DNA of 63,521 nucleotides, filler included, from Octopus bimaculoides (taxonomy: Eukaryota), in the NCBI RefSeq assembly GCF_001194135.2. It is 5 parts of 5 records of this genome, joined end to end, with 100 filler letters (N's around TTAATTAATTAA, not from the genome) between each part and the next. Parts side by side here need not be neighbours in the genome. Positions count along the whole stretch, not along the records: positions 62,219 to 63,521 come from NW_026348679.1; 4 more parts are not named here. One strand, 5' to 3'. The notes under the pieces are model-generated. The model did no database searches, was not told the origin of the DNA, and saw only the letters and a program-made list of their open reading frames with translations. The position numbers and the translations under genes are program-made. Positions 62,269 to 63,521 of this stretch are shown piece after piece (positions within the stretch are counted from its first letter, which is position 1; each line of letters opens with the position of its first letter).

Positions 62269-62439
62269 GGGAGAATTCACAAAAAAAGAAGCAACAAAAG
62301 ACGAAGACAGGTGGTGTAGACAACAAACAGATGTATTAATTTAACGCTCGGGAAGTGAAAAAGTCTTTAACGTTTCGAGCCTACGCTCTTCCACAGAAAG
62401 GAACAGGGAGAGAAAATAAGAATGTGTAGTGTGGCTAGC
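62269..62439 (-). mobile_element. Short repeat with variant hammerhead motif (62365-62400), probable Penelope pseudo-LTR
   Basis: CTTT-CTGTGGA-A-GAGC-GTAG-GCTC-GAAA-CGT-T-AAAG; homologous to 10645-10802. Confidence 0.65.
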
Positions 62440-62463
62440 AATAGCAATCAAAGGCGGTCCATA

Positions 62464-62525
<62 letters not shown>

Positions 62526-62699
62526 GCTGAGTGCCACTGGTTTTGTTGATCAAATAGACCCCGGTAATTATTTTTGAAAGCCTGCTACGTATTCTTTCGA
62601 TCTGTTTCGCTGAACCTCCAACTTATGGGGACGTAACCAAACAAACACCGATTGTGGAGAGGTGGTGGGGGACATATATATATATATATATATATTTAT

Positions 62700-62935
62700 G
62701 TGTGTATCTTTGTGTCTGTGTTTGTCCCCCAGCTCCCACAATCACTTGACAACCAATGCTGGTGTGTTTACGTCCTCGTTAACTAGTGGTTCAGCAGAAA
62801 GATACCGATAGAATAAGGACTAGGCTTACAAAGAATAAGTCCCGGGGTGGATTGCTTAGACTAAAAACCCTCGGAGGCGGTGCTCCAGCATGGCCGCAGT
62901 CTAATGACTGAAACAAGTACAAGAATAAAAGAATA
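62700..62935 (+). mobile_element. SINE family A, 3' half
   Basis: GTGTTTGTCCCC...CTTGACAACC...GGCTTACAAAGAATAAGTCC...GGCGGTGCTCCAGCATGGCCGCAGTC. Confidence 0.88.
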
Positions 62936-63029
62936 TATATATGTATGAGTGCTTGCGTGTACGAGTGTGTGTGTGTGTGCGTGCGTGTATGTGTGTGTGC
63001 GTGTATGTATTCTTGTGTATGTTCTGAAG

Positions 63030-63477
63030 TGTTGAAATGTTTTAGTTATTAGACTGTGGCCATACTTGGGCTCCACTTCATGTGGTTCTCCACATGGCCT
63101 CTAGGGAGCCATTTAAGATTTTGTTGTTACAATTGATGTGCAATAAGCTGGTTATACTTCTACAATACATAAAATATTTTAACAATTTTTTGAAAAATAC
63201 AATTCCTAATAATATTTAATTATATAAAATGTAATAGGATTTTTTTCAAAAATATCGACTGACTTGGACGGTCCACCTGAATAAAATACCAACCAAAGGG
63301 GGTCCATAAGCAAAGAAAAAAAAAAAAGAAAAAATAGCTGAGTGCCACTGGTTTTGTTGATCAAATAGAACCCGGTACTTATTTTTAAAAGCCTGCTATG
63401 TATTCTTTCGATCTGTTTTGTCGAACCGCCAACATACGGGGACGTAACCAAACAAACACCGATTGTCGAGAGGTGGT

Positions 63478-63482
<5 letters not shown>
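63030..63482 (-). mobile_element. SINE family A 3' half interrupted by a hAT MITE (63081-63350)
   Basis: SINE motifs on both sides of an insert homologous to 46939-47184. Confidence 0.8.

Positions 63483-63521
<39 letters not shown>

Overview
Eukaryotic, very AT-rich, gap-riddled draft genomic DNA that is almost entirely repeat-derived. The SINE families and microsatellite load resemble an octopus/coleoid cephalopod genome (inference from recalled repeat families, not verified). No host protein-coding gene, rRNA, tRNA or CRISPR array is confidently supported. Most ORFs in the track are microsatellite or N-gap artefacts. Recognisable content: (1) many degraded retrotransposon pieces (R4/Dong-like RLE elements, RTE LINEs, two Tx1/L1-clade LINEs, Penelope-like elements); (2) DNA transposon remnants (Tc1, hAT-like transposase, Helitron Rep, MITEs); (3) two high-copy tRNA-type SINE families. 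The most unusual object is a frameshifted Penelope-like ORF at 23844-25430 (-) with a Ulp1/SENP-type (C48-like) cysteine protease between the PLE N-terminal domain and the pre-RT region. Second is a recurring set of short non-coding elements carrying type I hammerhead ribozyme motifs with a palindromic stem III, each paired with an inverted partial copy of its own 3' end. There is also a candidate HDV-like ribozyme upstream of an RTE fragment. All alignments and folds were done by eye.
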